Shown: positions 1 to 13,622 of the stretch, in pieces
How positions within the stretch are numbered: the first letter of the stretch is position 1
Layout of the letters: every line of letters begins with the position of its first letter
Assembly (NCBI GenBank): GCA_964016885.1
Contig: OZ024758.1
Span: 32,488,001-32,552,000, forward strand
Direction of reading: 5' to 3'
Source: Eledone cirrhosa
Taxonomy: Eukaryota
DNA length: 64,000 nucleotides
Position numbers and translations under genes: made by a program
Notes under the pieces: model-generated
Told to the model about the DNA's origin: nothing
The model's database searches: none
The model's input: only the letters and a program-made list of their open reading frames with translations

Positions 1-1740
1 CCCAGGAGAATTCTTCAAGGATATCGACCATACTAAACCTACCCTATCCGACATTGATTTCAACCCAGAAGACATAGAAAGAGCCATAGACAAGCTCTCC
101 ATGCACTCGGCTGCGGGGCCTGATGGTTTCAATGCCATGATACTTAAAAACTGCAAGGTACAATTGTTGAAACCCTTTACATGATATGGAAGGAATCTAT
201 GGAGAATGGCAAAATACCAAATACATATAAAGAAGCACACATAACTCCAATACATAAAGGGGACAGAAAATCAAAACCAAAGAACTACCGACCAATCTCC
301 CTGACATCACACATTATCAAGGTCTTCGAAAGAATAGTTCGTGGAAAACTGGTTGAGTTCCTGGAATCCAACAATCTGATGAATTGCAATCAGCATGGAT
401 TCAGGTTAGGTAGATCATGTCTTTCCCAACTACTGGCACACCATGACCAAATCCTAGAAAATCTAGAGAATGGATACAACACAGATGTTATTTACCTCGA
501 CTTTGCCAAGGCATTTGACAAGGTAGATCATGGCATCCTGGGACACAAACTTCGAAAGCTAGGAGTAGGAGGAAAAGTTGGTACATGGAAATATGAGTTC
601 CTTACAAATAGAACTCAAACAGTCACTGTGAATGGAACCCATTCAACACCATCACCTGTGACCAGCAGTGTTCCTCAGGGTACAGTACTCGGCCCGATCC
701 TGTTTCTCATCCTCATCTCTGACATAGATGAAGATACAACCAGCAACGTCTCATCCTTTGCTGATGACACCAGGGTCATGAGACAAATCAAAGATGAGGT
801 GGATACAGAGGCCTTACAAAAGGACCTAACCACCATATACAAATGGCAGGAAACAAACAACATGTTGTTCAATGATAAGAAGTTTGAACAGATCAAGATC
901 TGAAAAATACAACAAACTACAGAAACCCATCAGGACAACAAATAATGGAAAAACAGTATGTGAAAGATTTAGGCATCCACATGGGAACCAGCCTAAAATT
1001 CAGAGAACACCTTGACTCAGTCTGTCTTACTGCAAGAAAGTACAGCGGGTGGATCTTGCGCACCTTCAAATCAAGAGATACCTCAACAATGAAAACCCTC
1101 TGGAACAGTATGATACTTCCGAGGATTGACTACTGTTCTCAGTTGTGGTCACCAACAACAAAGGGCCAACTATCTAAGATGGAATCGCTCCAAAGAAATT
1201 TTACCTCATACTTCTCAGAAACGAGGGACCTGGACTATTGGCAAAGACTCAAAACCTTGAAGATGTACTCAATAGAAAGAAGATTTGAGCGAGACCGAAT
1301 TATATACATTTGGAAAATGATAGAGCAAAAGGTGCCAAACTTTGGTATCAAAACCTACCACTCACTGCGCCACGGAAGACGCTGCCAGCTACCACCAATC
1401 AACAAAAAGGCTGGCCAGGCAGCAAAAACCCTGCAAGAGTCAAGTCTGTTGGTTCGAGGGGCACAACTATTCAACTCCATTCCGGTACATGTCAGAAATC
1501 TATCAGGATGCAGTGTGGAATCATTCAAATTGCAGCTGGATAGATACTTAAGCACCATTAGAGATGAACCCCATCTCCCAGGATATACACAACGAGCAGA
1601 AACTGACTCAAACTCGCTCCTACACATGTCAAAATTAAACAGAGAATCCAACCTGGCAACCACACCAGACTCTGAGGGTGGAGTCTTCGACTTGGCCTGA
1701 GCATGGACTCAAACTCAAATGAAATGAAATGAAATGAAAT
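1..1740 (+). mobile_element. CR1-group (CR1/L2-like) LINE, 3' portion of ORF2 (reverse transcriptase), broken; ends in a (GAAAT)n tail
   Basis: ORFs 181-903 (NYRPISLTS, QHGFR, YLDFAKAFDKVDH, VPQGTVLGPILF, FADD) and 945-1700 (DLGI, YCSQLWSP, LESLQR-like, LFNSIP); stop/frameshift at about 901-945; GAAAT x4 at 1720-1740. Confidence 0.93.
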
Positions 1741-1967
1741 AATACCTTCGCCTGTAATTAATATATCTTATAACTAATATATCTTATAATACTTTTAATA
1801 TATAACACCTTTAGTTATGCTATCACTACACATTTGTCTTACATTTATTGCATGTTCTATGCTATCATTTATACAATGTAACTGACACTAACAATTCGTC
1901 TTCTCAAATATAATGTATCTTAATAAATGTCCTAAGGATTAAGAATTTATTTATTTAACATTGTATA

Positions 1968-2014
1968 TGCTCCAATGATTCCAGACCTGTGTCTGGAAGA
2001 AACGATCGTCAGCA
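1968..2014 (+). ncRNA. Degenerate minimal hammerhead ribozyme (Penelope pLTR type)
   Basis: TGCT-CCAATGA-TTCCAGAC(CTGT)GTCTGGAA-GAAAC-GATC-GTC-AGCA: stems I and II intact, palindromic stem III ACGATCGT, core CUGAUGA mutated to CCAAUGA; followed by AATTAAA and (TA)n. Confidence 0.65.
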
Positions 2015-2052
2015 ATTAAATGCATTAAACAAAATTTGATTGTTTTCTATGT

Positions 2053-2138
<86 letters not shown>

Positions 2139-2145
2139 ATATTTA

Positions 2146-2966
2146 TATAGTTGGGGAGGGGCATATTTGTGTAATAATATTGCCAGAATTAATAACAGAA
2201 GACACTCACTGTTTGGTTGGTTTTCGCTTCTGCGTCTTTTATATCGGTTAATTTAAAAGGACAAAAAAAACGGGTCAGTACTATACGAACATGCCAGACA
2301 ACAACATGACGGTAACATAGACAACATAGAAATTAGAATATCTAAACATAGAAATGACCCAGCAGATAAGCAAATCAGAGAGGCCAGTGAAATATAACTT
2401 AGAAGGCCAAGGCTAAACAGAAAAAAATGAATGGAATAACAACAACACCCAAACAAACAATACTGACCTAAGAGAAGTATAAATAAATAAATACATACAC
2501 AAGCACAATAACAACAAACACACATAAACACACACTAGTAAACTAAGATAGAATACAATAACCAATACACAGTCACCCAAACACGAACACACATCAAACA
2601 CTACACACCCGCAAAGAAGACAAAAAAAAAAAAAATAAATAAATAAACAGACTAAATAAAGATGGCATAGGCATACAATACAACGGGAGGAAACATAATA
2701 GCACCACTGACGATGTTGCAGATGTGCAACGAAAGAACTTTGTTAGACTATATATATGTGTTTGTGTCTTATATTGTATCTGTATTGGTCAGTCAATGGT
2801 AACATTGAGGACCGAATAAATTAAATTAACCAATATAAAAGACACAGAAGCGAAAACCAACCAAACAGTGAGTGTGTTCTGTTATTAATTCTGGAAATAT
2901 TATTACACAAATATGACCCTCCCCAAGTATAACACACGATTTCATATCAAAAACCTCGCAAAACTA
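2146..2966. mobile_element. Penelope-like non-coding insertion with about 110-bp inverted arms, between (TA)n tracts
   Basis: 2146-2256 is the reverse complement of 2821-2931; HHR-like motif in the spacer; about 35-nt unpaired tail at the right end. Confidence 0.65.
2703..2744 (+). ncRNA. Minimal hammerhead-like motif
   Basis: ACCA-CTGACGA-T-GTTGCA(GATG)TGCAAC-GAAAG-AA-CTT-TGTT; weak stem I. Confidence 0.55.
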
Positions 2967-2973
2967 ATATATT

Positions 2974-3038
<65 letters not shown>

Positions 3039-3039
3039 A

Positions 3040-3160
3040 TCATCATCATTGTTTAACGTCTATCTTCCACGCTAGCATAGGTTTAGATGGGAATTGTCCC
3101 ACTTGAGGCAAGATTGGTTGTCTTGCTCATATAGGACTAGACGGCTGATCTCCGGCCGTT
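3040..3160 (-). mobile_element. SINE fragment with RTE-derived 3' end and (GAT)n tail
   Basis: Reverse complement of ...CTATGCTAGCGTGGAAGATAGACGTTAAACAATGATGATG; homologous to 24430-24688 and 34380-34717. Confidence 0.7.
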
Positions 3161-4044
3161 TCGACAGCTAGATCTGAACTAACCCAGTAGTGTTATGACG
3201 ATAGTAATCTAGCTGAATTTATCAAGGAGTACAGTCCATATATGGGCATGGAATGAAAACATAGCAGCAGTATCATATCAAACAATTCTAAAAGTTGTTT
3301 TTTTTCCTGTTACGGGGAGTGGTCAAAGGTTTTGGGATGTCATATACATAGTTAAATTCCTTAAACAAAAAGGATGAACTTGTTACCTCATGTAAACACA
3401 AAATACATAGGACATATCTTACCTTCACCCACCCTCACGACCCAGGTTGGTAGACCCCGGCTGTTTCTTTTTCCTATTTACAAACTAAGATAGAGGAAAC
3501 CCCAAGTATACTTAGGTAGAAGTAGAAATTTTTTTCTTCTTCTCTTATTTTCTTTTTTCTTCATTAGTTAGACACTCTAATTACACTTAGGTGGATCATT
3601 GCACTATTATATACATAGCACTGGCCGAACACATAGCCAGGGTGTTTTGGGGGTGGTGGTTAGTCTTGGGCGTATCATTATGGAAGATAATATTGATAAC
3701 TTACTACATTGAGGTGCTGTGCTAGTGTATTAGAGTAACTAATAACTAAATTTTATTAATTGGGAATTTAATTATTATTAAATTATATTTGCTTTGCTCT
3801 TTAGCCAACGCTAGACCCGGCATACCCATAGTAACTCTACAACATTCCTTGTTTCTCATAGGTTCTTACCTCCTTTTACTGATAACTGTAAAGAATTCTC
3901 TTTTAATGCATGACCAGCATCCACAGGTCAGAATGTCATCTTACTCCCTCCACTACAGACAAGTTCAGCCACCCACCCACCCCCACCGCTATGAAGGAAT
4001 TTAACTATGTATACAACATCCCAAAATCTTTTACCACTCTTCTG

Positions 4045-4205
4045 ACAAGAGAACCAAGGGTAGACTCCAAGCAAGATGGTTAGATAACATCTATGAGGTT
4101 GGCTGGTCTTGCTTAGGGATCCAGCTCGAGATGGTTGCTTCTGACAGGACCTGATAGAAGGACTGTTTGAGGACTCTGCTCCCACAAGAAGAAGGAGGAG
4201 GAGGA
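4045..4205 (+). mobile_element. RTE-type LINE 3'-end fragment with (GAA/GGA)n tail
   Basis: Translates ...ARWLDNIYEVGWSCLGIQLEMVASDR...LRTLLP; homologous to the reverse complement of 8130-8270. Confidence 0.65.
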
Positions 4206-7108
4206 ATCAAGGTACAAATTGTTGTCCTTGAATGCACGTAGTCTATGTAATAAGATAAATCTTTTTGACTCCTACATCAAAAGTATTGACCCTGACTTCA
4301 TTACAGTCACGGAAACTTGGGCACATCCCTTACTCTGTGATGAGGTTTTCAGCATAACTGGTTACAACTTGTTTCGTAAAGACCGCATTAACCGTCGTGG
4401 TGGTGGTGGTGTAATGGTCTATGTTTGGTGAAACTTTTCAGCAATTCCTAGTGTTGATTTGAACCAATCACAGCAAGAGGTATTTTTCTGCATATGACCA
4501 TGTCAACACTGCTACTTGGAGTCGTTTACCGTCCCTCAAATTACCATCAGGACACTCAACTTTCTGATATCCTCAGAGCTGCTGCCAGGAAAACAGCCAC
4601 TTATGTTTTTATTGCAGGGGGCTTCAATCACCCTGAGATTGACTGGGAAACTTTTCATTGGCCGCAAAGTGCAAATGACTTCCTTGAGCTAGTGCTGGAC
4701 TCGAATTGGTCCCAAGTAGTCACCTCCCCAACAAGAGGTGACAACACTTTGGATCTACTCTTCACCACTACTCCTGAAACGGTTATTAGTGTTACTACTG
4801 AGGAACCTTTAGGTGACTCTGATCATGCTATGATCATTGCCAATCTATCCCTCGTGGGCAGTAACAAAAACCACAACCATCTCCAAACTGCTCAGTTTGA
4901 CTGGAATAAAGCAGACTGGAACTGTTACTGGACTGAGCTGCAACGTCCAAACTGGCTTGAGTTCTACGACTCTGGAGATGTCAACACTGTACTCCAGAAC
5001 ATCCTGAACTCAATATGGACAGCATGTGCAGCATCGGTGCCACATAAGCAGAAAAAACATCCCAAAAGTGCAATTTGGGAGACTGCAGCAGTCCGTCTTG
5101 CCAGGAAAGAACGTTGTAATGCTGAACGTGAGTACAAACTGCATAAATCAGATATCAAATAGGAAAAAGCAAAATAAATCATCCAACCATCTCATGTAGG
5201 TGACAAAAAAGGCAGTGCTTGAATTTGAGCAGCGCATAGCAACCAACCCTGACAGTAAGATGTTCTGGAAGTATGTTCACCCAAAGCAGAGGTCTCACTC
5301 TCCAGTTGGTCCTCTTCGCAATCCCCACACAAGCCAGGTTACTGACAACTCCAAGGAATGCGCAGAACTCATTACTGAATGCTATGCAGACATTTTTACT
5401 GTTGAAGACCAGAGTGTACCATCTCCACCATCTCTAACATCAAATTCCATAACAACTATGGAATTTACACCTGCAATGCTGCGACGTCACCTTAAAAATA
5501 AACGCAACCATGCCTCTCCTGGTCTTGATGATGTTACGTACCTGCTTCTTAAACGTGGTGGGTACTTCCTTCTGCACCAGCTATCACACTTCTTCCAATT
5601 CTGTTTGAACAATGGTGCTACTCCAGAACAGTGGAAAACTGCCAGTGTCATTCCTCTGTTCAAAAAGGGTGACTGCACATCACCTGTGAACTATCGTCCA
5701 GTCAGTCTTACTAGCTGCATTGCCAAACTGATGGAATCCTGTGTCAGAGAAACCCTTTGGAACTTCTGGAACTCTCACAGTCTTATCCGGCCCTCACAAT
5801 TTGGATGTATCCCTAACTCCAGCTGTTGTGATCAACTTATCGAGTTTCTTGAAGACATCACCCGGATCACTGATGGCAGCTCATGGGTGGATGTTGTTTA
5901 CCTTGACTTTGCTAAAGCTTTCAATTCTGTGCCACACAAAAGACTTATGGCAAAACTCTCTGCAATGGGTGTGAAGGATGATCTTTTTAACTGGTTGAAG
6001 TCTTTCATTCTCAGTCGAAGAGAGGTAGTCATGGTTCTAGGACAGCATTCCTCACCATATGAGATGTCATCTGGTGTACTGCAGGGATCTGTTCTTGGCC
6101 CCCTTTTGTTTGTGGCAGATATTAATGACATAGATGCCAACTTAAAGAATGCCACAGTACTGAAATATGCAGATGACATCAAGCTGTACCTTGAGATAGA
6201 AAAGACAGATCCCGAACACTATAGATATTTCCCGCAATCTGACCTGGACGCAATGGAGCAATGGATCATGGACTGGCAACTCAAGCTGGCTGTGGACAAG
6301 TGTACCACCATGCATTTTGGGAGTAAAAACCCAGTGTCCACTTACTCCCTCCACAACACTAATATCAAGAAATTTCTTGTGAACGCGACCTGGGAATTAC
6401 TGTCAGCAGTGATTTGTGTTGGACGAAGCACGTCTCTAAAATTGTCAGGAAGGCCGAGAGTGTGTTAGCATCACTCAGCAAGACCTTTGTCAGCCGCTCT
6501 CCAGCTATCTATTTAAAGCTGTATATAGCTATGGTGCGGCCACAATTAGAATTCTCATCATCAGTCTGGAACCTCTATCTTGCTTAGAACATTGACTGCC
6601 TGGAAACTGTTCAGAGACGTGCAACCAAGCGAATACCCTCCATCAGGCATCTACCATACTCTGCCTTGCTTCCCTGGGCATGGATACATCTGGCAACTGA
6701 CTTGGTAAACACCCACAAAATTATTAACCATCTTGCCAACAACACCCCTGAGTACCTTTATGATTTCCATGTGTCTAACAAACGTGGGCATGCCCACAAA
6801 GTCAGAAAACAGCACAGCTCCCATGACTTTCGGAAACATTTTTTCATGCTCAGTGTTGCTGAAGCATGGAACAAACTACCTGCATCAGTTATTAGCTGTT
6901 GAGACACTGCATCCTTTAAAACATCCATGCTTCCTGAGATTCGCTAACACACCACCTAATATTCCATCTCCATCCACACACTCACATGTATATCATGACT
7001 CATACACTATTCACTTTCCTGACATTTGTATATTATTCTATGTACTATACTAGCACCTTTGATGAGTTGTAGTGCACCTGAGCACTGTACACAATAATTT
7101 CATTATTT
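4206..7108 (+). mobile_element. CR1-clade LINE, complete but decayed ORF2 (APE endonuclease + RT) and 3' UTR
   Basis: ORFs 4219-4431 (SLNARSL, ITVTETW, RKDR..RGGG), 4494-5162 (YRP, GGFNHPEIDW, PTRGDNTLDL, LGDSDH) and 5200-6468 (NYRPVSLTS, YLDFAKAF, QGSVLGPLLF, KYADD); stops and frameshifts; tail AATAATTTCATTATT. Confidence 0.95.
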
Positions 7109-7109
7109 C

Positions 7110-7159
7110 AAGAAGAAGAAGAAGAAGAAGAAGAAGAAGAAGAAGAAGAAGAAGAAGAA
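7110..7159 (+). repeat. (AAG)n microsatellite
   Basis: About 16 perfect AAG units. Confidence 0.98.
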
Positions 7160-7622
7160 GAAGAAGAAGAAGAAGAAGAGTTTGGAATAGCTGGGTATAA
7201 ATTGCAAGTTTCACATGAGAAGTGAGATGTTTTCCACTACTTAACAATTATCAGAGTAAATAGATGCTAAATAAAATGTTTTTTTAAATGTTAATAAGAA
7301 AAAATGTTATACATAATGATTAAAGAATGATAAATCTTTAGTTTCTTTCAAAAAAATCAAAAGTGTCATCGTTTGAAATATACAGAAAGTCATTTTATGA
7401 AGTTTTGACATCAATACTGAAAATGATGTTTCAGAATAAGAAAAAAAAAGGAAGCTTTTCTTTATCTCCACATTTGTTGTAACATCTACCACATACACAA
7501 CCATTCAAAGTTGGTTAGATTGCTGTTTGTCTAGAATCTCCTAAATCATACAACCACTAATGACTACCAAGAACTAAGAGACATAACTTTAATCTTGCTA
7601 ACTTAATGGCATAAAAGCTTCC

Positions 7623-7850
7623 TTAAACCTTTAGCATTTAAACTGGCCATATCTGGCCAGAATTCTCTTACCGTCTCTGTTCAAACTATCCTAAACTAGC
7701 TGTTCATACTGAGATTAAGGCATTATTCTCAGAATAAATAACATCAAAATCTCATAGATTCAATAGTATGTGAGATAATTATATGAGATAAAGCCTTTAC
7801 CTCAAAAATACAATAGTATATATAGAGAAATGTAAATGTTAATGGGTTAA
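7623..7850 (+). mobile_element. piggyBac-type MITE (TTAA-flanked) with one internal minisatellite unit
   Basis: TTAA-ACCTTTAGCATTTAAAC ... GTAAATGTTAATGGG-TTAA; homologous to copies at 11512, 15032, 21545 and 47102. Confidence 0.8.
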
Positions 7851-8094
7851 ACCAAAAAGGTAACAAGAAGAAGTTTTCATGGAGGAAATCATAACAGCAT
7901 TGGACATAATACTATATGGATTTGGCCTTTTACATTCTGAGTTCAAGTTCTGCCAATGTGTTTAGGTGGTTAAAAGGTTTGCTTTGCTACCATGTGGTTT
8001 CAAACTCCTTCAGCAAGGGTATTTTACTATAACCTTAGACATGCCAATCCCTTGGGAATAAAATTGGTAGAGGGAAACTCTGTGGAAGCACTTC

Positions 8095-8360
8095 TCTTCT
8101 TCTTCGCCCACTTATTCCCGAGAGGGTCGTGGGGGGAAGAGTCCTCAAACATTCCCTCCAGCGGGTCTTGGCAGAAGCAACCATCTCCAACTGATCCAGC
8201 TGGATCCCCAAGCATGACCAGCCAAGCTCATGGATGCTATCCAACCATCTTGCTTGGTGTCTACCCCTGGGTTTCCTACTCGTTGGTTTTGCCTGTAAAA
8301 TCTGTCCATCGATTCTTTCCTCAGACAGTCTACCACATGTCCATAGTATCGGAGCTGTGA
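8095..8360 (-). mobile_element. RTE-type LINE 3'-end fragment
   Basis: Minus ORF SIHELGWSCLGIQLDQLEMVASAKTRWRECLRTLPP, ending in GAAGAAGAG. Confidence 0.7.
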
Positions 8361-10049
8361 TCTCTGAATTCAGAGAAGTAGTGACTCTATCTGGAACATC
8401 ATATATAAATACCCCTAGTAGGGAAAGCAGACATTAGATGACAATGATGATGACAAACAGTGTGACAATAATACAAATAAAACCAAGAATAATTCACAGA
8501 TCACCACCACCACCACCATTGTTTCCACAATATACTTTCACAATATGCAGAACTCGAGGTACATGCTACCATTGCAGCAGAATAGAGAAAGCCTTACTGT
8601 AGAGGATAGCGAGGGAGGCACGTTGATATAGCAATTCTAAATTGAGGGACTCCATCTTGACTGCAGTGAATAGGGAGTTGGTCCAAGAATCAAGAACACC
8701 AAAAGTCTCCAATACTAAAGTCTGTCTCAAGCCTGGAGGCTCATTAGGCCAGTGCTTATCAAGGTTTCTGTACCGTTAAGTGACTGAGAGTACAACCCCC
8801 CCCCCCCCCCCCCCCTGGACAGGATCTAGTCCATTACAGGATTAACTCCTCCCTCTGTCACTGCTATAGTTTCAATGACAAGCCTATCAGAAAGCAATTA
8901 ATAGTTTAACAACTACTTCATTATTCTAATTTAATTTCTTGCTAGGATAGGAATGTGTCAACAACTTCTAAAACAATTACACAAATAAAAGGGATCTAAA
9001 TAAATGATGCAATTATATTAATACCCAATCTAATCCAGGGCTTTCTCGCCCCTCTTGTGGTCCATCACTTTCCGTCAACCTCCATCACTTTCTATTTAGT
9101 TTTGGTCATGTCAGGGGTGTAGCCATACTGGCCATGCTTGGTCAATTGTGGGTTGGTGAGGCTATTTAACCCATAGTTGGGGTGGATGGCTGTTGACTCT
9201 GAAGAGTTCACCTGCCTTTTTTACAGCTCTTGTTTTTTGTGCAGCTGGGTTTCCACTTACCCTTCTCCCAAGACCAGGGTCTGGTGGAGGGAGACGGTCT
9301 AGTCATCAGCCACTCAACCATGAAGCAGGTTGTACTTGGGTACATGGTACCAGTAGTAGGCAGAATACTCTTGATCTGACTGAATTGTATTAATATAAGA
9401 TATAATAATCAAGGTTTGAGATATTAAATTAGAATTAATTAATAGTTTAATTTCATGAATCCTTTAGTCAGGAAGTGATCTTTGACAGTTTCCTGCTGAA
9501 AACCTTCCTATCATTTGCTGAAAACCTTGCTATATTTAGGTAAGTGCCTGTCACTCAATGACAATTTACTTCAATGTTTGTCTGTCTTTTTTTTTTTTCC
9601 AGAAGTTCAATGTATTTTTATTTGGTTTTTCCGGATCATATTAAAACATTTCCAATCATACTATTTTGTGAGCTCTTTTGTGTACATGCTAGTTGCTGTG
9701 GCTGAAGATATGTAAGTAGTTTTGCATGGGAAACTTGAAAGATCCATTCAATTCACATGGCCTTACTAGTGAAGCCACTGTTTCTGAATTATTCATAAAT
9801 GGTTGGCTGAAAAAAACACCAACAACCAAGTTTGTTGAATGTAATCATTCTACAAACAGTTATTCCATATTTCCTTTGAAAGTCTTTCCACATATTCAAA
9901 TCATTTCTGACCAATATTTCTAATTTTCTACCATTTCCATACAATATCGCAGGCAATACAGTTGGATCAATAAATGCAGATTTTGGTGTAATAAAATGTT
10001 CTGTTATTTCCAAACACACCAATTAAAGATACTCAAGTCTAATGATATA

Positions 10050-10250
10050 AAGTCATCATTATCTTCGTCATTATCGTCATCATCATCGCCAATATAATCA
10101 TTGGCATCATCATCATCTCCATCATCCTCAACGTCACCATCACCATCACCATCATCATGATCTCCATCATCCTCAACGTCACCATCATCACCATCACCAT
10201 CATCATCACCATCATCCTCAACGTCACCATCACCATCATCATTTACCATC
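10050..10250. repeat. Compound (CAT/CAC)n microsatellite, probably an expanded SINE tail
   Basis: CATCAT/CACCAT units with a recurring CCTCAACGTCAC; followed by a SINE 3'-end remnant. Confidence 0.9.
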
Positions 10251-10339
10251 CACCTTCCCTGCTAGCAAAAGTTGGATGAGTTTTCACTGACCGAGTGATG
10301 CAGCAATTCCGTTTAATTCTATATATGACCCAATGTCAA

Positions 10340-10533
10340 GAGGGTCAGCTGAAAGGTTCAAAGGCTGACTATGAAGGAGTGATGCTAGAGCTGTGAAATC
10401 TTGCATACATTAATTTCAGCTCTTCTAAATAACTGTATTGTTTCTTTCCAGGAACTATGTTGAAAAATAAACCTCATTTGGTCATTCCATGAGAGTATCT
10501 TATTCAGCCTATGAACTTCTCAGCCAACCTTTG
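10340..10533 (+). mobile_element. Tc1/mariner-type MITE (about 190 bp)
   Basis: TIR GAGGGTCAGCTGAAAGGTTCAAAGGCTGA ... TCAGCCTATGAACTTCTCAGCCAACCTT followed by TA; second copy at 23543. Confidence 0.75.
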
Positions 10534-10644
10534 TATATGTATATATACCTACATATATGCCTACATAAAATGCCAAAAGATTTATATGCAATATTCATGT
10601 GTCAAAAACGATTACAATGCTCTCTTGTTAGTATCATCATAGCC

Positions 10645-10900
10645 ATCATCACCATTTAACATTCATTTTTCCATATTAGCATGGGTTAGACAAGTTGTCC
10701 TGTTGTAAGACAAGCCAGATTAGATGACCATATCTTACTCATACAGAACTGATTATGGCCCGGTTCCTATGGCTGGATGCCCTCCCTAATGCCAACCACA
10801 TTTACAGTGTGTACTGTGTGGTGTGTATTGTGGCACTAAAACAAACACTTTACAGTGTGGGCTGTGTGGTGTGTATTGTGGGCTGTGTGCTTTTTGTCAT
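10645..10900 (-). mobile_element. SINE with RTE-derived tail
   Basis: GGCTGGATGCCCTCCCTAATGCCAACCACATTTACAGTG motif shared with other copies. Confidence 0.7.
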
Positions 10901-11511
10901 GTCACCAACATGACCACTTTATAGTGGTCTGTATAGAAATAAAGATTGTGTGGAATACAATTAGTTCTCAGACCAAGGAAATAATATCTTCATTGGTCTT
11001 TCTGTTGTTGATATTATCTGCTGGTTGCAACTCCTGGAGGTTGAAATTGAACTCAGAATGCATAGAACCAAATCAGAAACTTCCTTATTAACAATTTTTT
11101 CTAATCCCCCACCCCCTGAATTACTATTTGTTTATCAACTCTGAAAGGATGAAAGACAAAGTTGATGCCTGCAGAATTTGAATACAGACTGCAGTGAACT
11201 GGAAAAATATATAAGCATTAAATCTGACACCTTAATGACTGCCAGTTTGTTGTCTAAGATACTATTCCCTCCAAAACACTGACCCCATTAAATAATACTA
11301 TAAAGACACTTCTAAATTCTTTGACAGTGCAATATAGTGCCTTCTTAAGTAGTTCAATACACAATAATATCAATATATTCTTCAGTATTGGCATTGCCAA
11401 ATCAAACTATGTTTCTCCATGATAGCAAAAACTGGAAGAGTAAAGAGAAAATATTTTCCTTAACAATTGCTATTTCATTTTTAGTGGTAGCTTATCTAGC
11501 CAAATTTTACC

Positions 11512-11691
11512 TTAACCCTTTACATTACTCTATATATATACTATTATATATAGAGAATCAATGAGATTTTGATATTTATTTTGAGATCAATACCTTAATA
11601 TCAGTATGAACAGCCAGTTACAGCCGGTTTGAACAGAAAAAGGTGAGAGAATTCTGGCCAGGTATGGTCGGTTTAAATGCTAAAGGTTTAA
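11512..11691 (-). mobile_element. piggyBac-type MITE, internally deleted
   Basis: TTAA-CCCTTTACATTACTC ... GGTTTAAATGCTAAAGGT-TTAA. Confidence 0.75.
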
Positions 11692-11794
11692 TGTAATTTC
11701 TTTATAACTGTATAAAAATTATAAATGTGAAAGAAAACAACAAATAAACAAGCAATTGTTTTAATATTTTACGATAATAAAAATATAGTTTCAA

Positions 11795-12080
11795 ATAAAA
11801 GACCAATAATTTTCAGAAAGCCAGTACAACGCTGTAGAAAAATACAAAGGGCAAATAATGACAAATACAACAGAACAAAGTAATGTTTAACCCAATATAT
11901 TTCAACATATTTCAGGGCTATAACTCTCTTTTTCAATGTTTTAGCTTCAGACTTGAAAAGAGGGTAATAGCCCTGAAATATATTACACTGGGTGAAACAT
12001 TACTGTTTTGTCATCAATTGCCCTTTGTATTTTCTACCACATTGTACTGGATTTTTGAAAATTATCAGTCTTTTATTACA
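11795..12080. repeat. Old imperfect fold-back palindrome
   Basis: ...GTAGAAAAATACAAAGGGCAA...TATTTCAGGGCTATAACTCTCTTTTTCAA / TTGAAAAGAGGGTAATAGCCCTGAAATA...TTGCCCTTTGTATTTTCTAC; centre near 11945. Confidence 0.75.
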
Positions 12081-13249
12081 TATCTCACAATGCTTCATAT
12101 TAACTTCCATATTTTAAATAAAATTTTCTATCCTATATAAAAATGCCATCAACATTATTTGAACCAGTTTTAAAACAAAATCATAAATTTCTTCAGAATA
12201 TAAAAATTAAAAACAAAATAAATTGAATGTTTTCCTTAAGAAAATATGAAAAGTAGTTATAACTAAAATCTGAGTCAAACAACATAGTAGATTAGATTAC
12301 ACAGTTTCATTTTTAAACTGGACAGTGTTTAAATTATAATGAATGCCGCTTTACATACACACTAGGGGGGAGGGGTGCAAGATAAGATTTTGCAATGGGT
12401 AATAGAGTTTGAAAAAAAAAAAATCAAGAAAACCGTCGCAATAAATTCTGTTTGTTGAAAAAAATAATACCAACAGAATTATATGTGTATCTAAGGAAAA
12501 GTGAAAATCTTTCATTTATTCATGATTGATTTTTTTGTTGTATCAATTGTTCGTTATGCAAGCAATGAAACTCAACACTCTAGGAGTTTTCAGAATCACT
12601 TCTCTGGTTTATTTTGTTGCATACAAGAATACAAGACAGTTTTAGATTCGAAAATGATCAATATCTTTGTGTTTAGTGTAAGAAAAGTAGTTCAAGGTTA
12701 GTGACATATCTATAACATACACTCACCATCATCGTTAATTTAACAAAACAACAAATATAGAAGGGCAAATATTCTTGATCTTACAAGTCATTGTTAAAGT
12801 ATTGGTAGTTGTGTAAAATTGTCAAAGAATACCAATATCAACAACATTGAAGGAGTATCTATCTACATGGTGGCTCAGCCTGCTAAAATATCAGCCAAAC
12901 TATCTTAAAAATTATACAACACACTTTCTTGAAAAAAATGAATGACACTGTTTGAAAACAAGATGGGACAGTTATAACTGGAATGTCTTGGATCAAATAA
13001 ACAATAAGAGAGCTTTTATAGAGTCACTTAACCTGCTAGATATAACAGCCAAATCTCTCACAAAATCACACCTTTACTATCTTTAAAGAAAAAGAAGGAC
13101 ATATTGGATAATGTGGTGTAAGATAAAAGAATGCCTTTGATAATGTGTTTGATGCAAGTTGATGGGTTGATTTAGGACTAATAACAATATATTAAACATT
13201 TCCTATAATGATTTCCATATGGAGGGTTTGTAGAATATTGCTAAGTTCA

Positions 13250-13622
13250 ATTTGAAGGGGAGGGGAAAGTCGATTAAATCGACCCAGTGCATTACTGGTA
13301 CTTTATTTTATCAACGCCGTAAGGATGAAAGGCAAAGCTAACCTCAACGGTATTTGAACTCAGAACGTAAAGGGCCACAACTCTATGCTGGAAAGCATGG
13401 TGTCTGACGCGCTACTGATAAGCAGTATCAGTAGAGCATCGGACACCATGCTTTGCAGCATAAAGGTATGGCCCTTTACGTTTTGAGTTCAAATCCTGCA
13501 GAAGTTAGTTTTGCCATTCATCCTTAAGGGCTCGATAAAATAAAGTACGAGTAAGTACTGGGGTTGATTTAATTGACTTTCCCCTCAAATTGTTGGCCTT
13601 TTGCCTAAAGTAGAAGCAATTA
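13250..13622. mobile_element. Head-to-head pair of tRNA-derived SINEs (Nin/Deu-domain-like core)
   Basis: 13250-13420 minus and 13426-13622 plus; B-box GAGTTCAAATCC; core TTTGCC(T/A)TTCATCCTT..GG..CGATAAAATAAAGTAC. Confidence 0.85.

Noticed and set aside
9600-10022. Minus ORF ..KSAFIDPTVLPAILYGNG.. reminiscent of an old non-LTR RT C-terminus
   Set aside because: Similarity too weak to support a call without a profile search
10004-10249. Asp-rich (biomineral-like) and Met-rich ORFs
   Set aside because: (CAT)n microsatellite derived from a SINE tail
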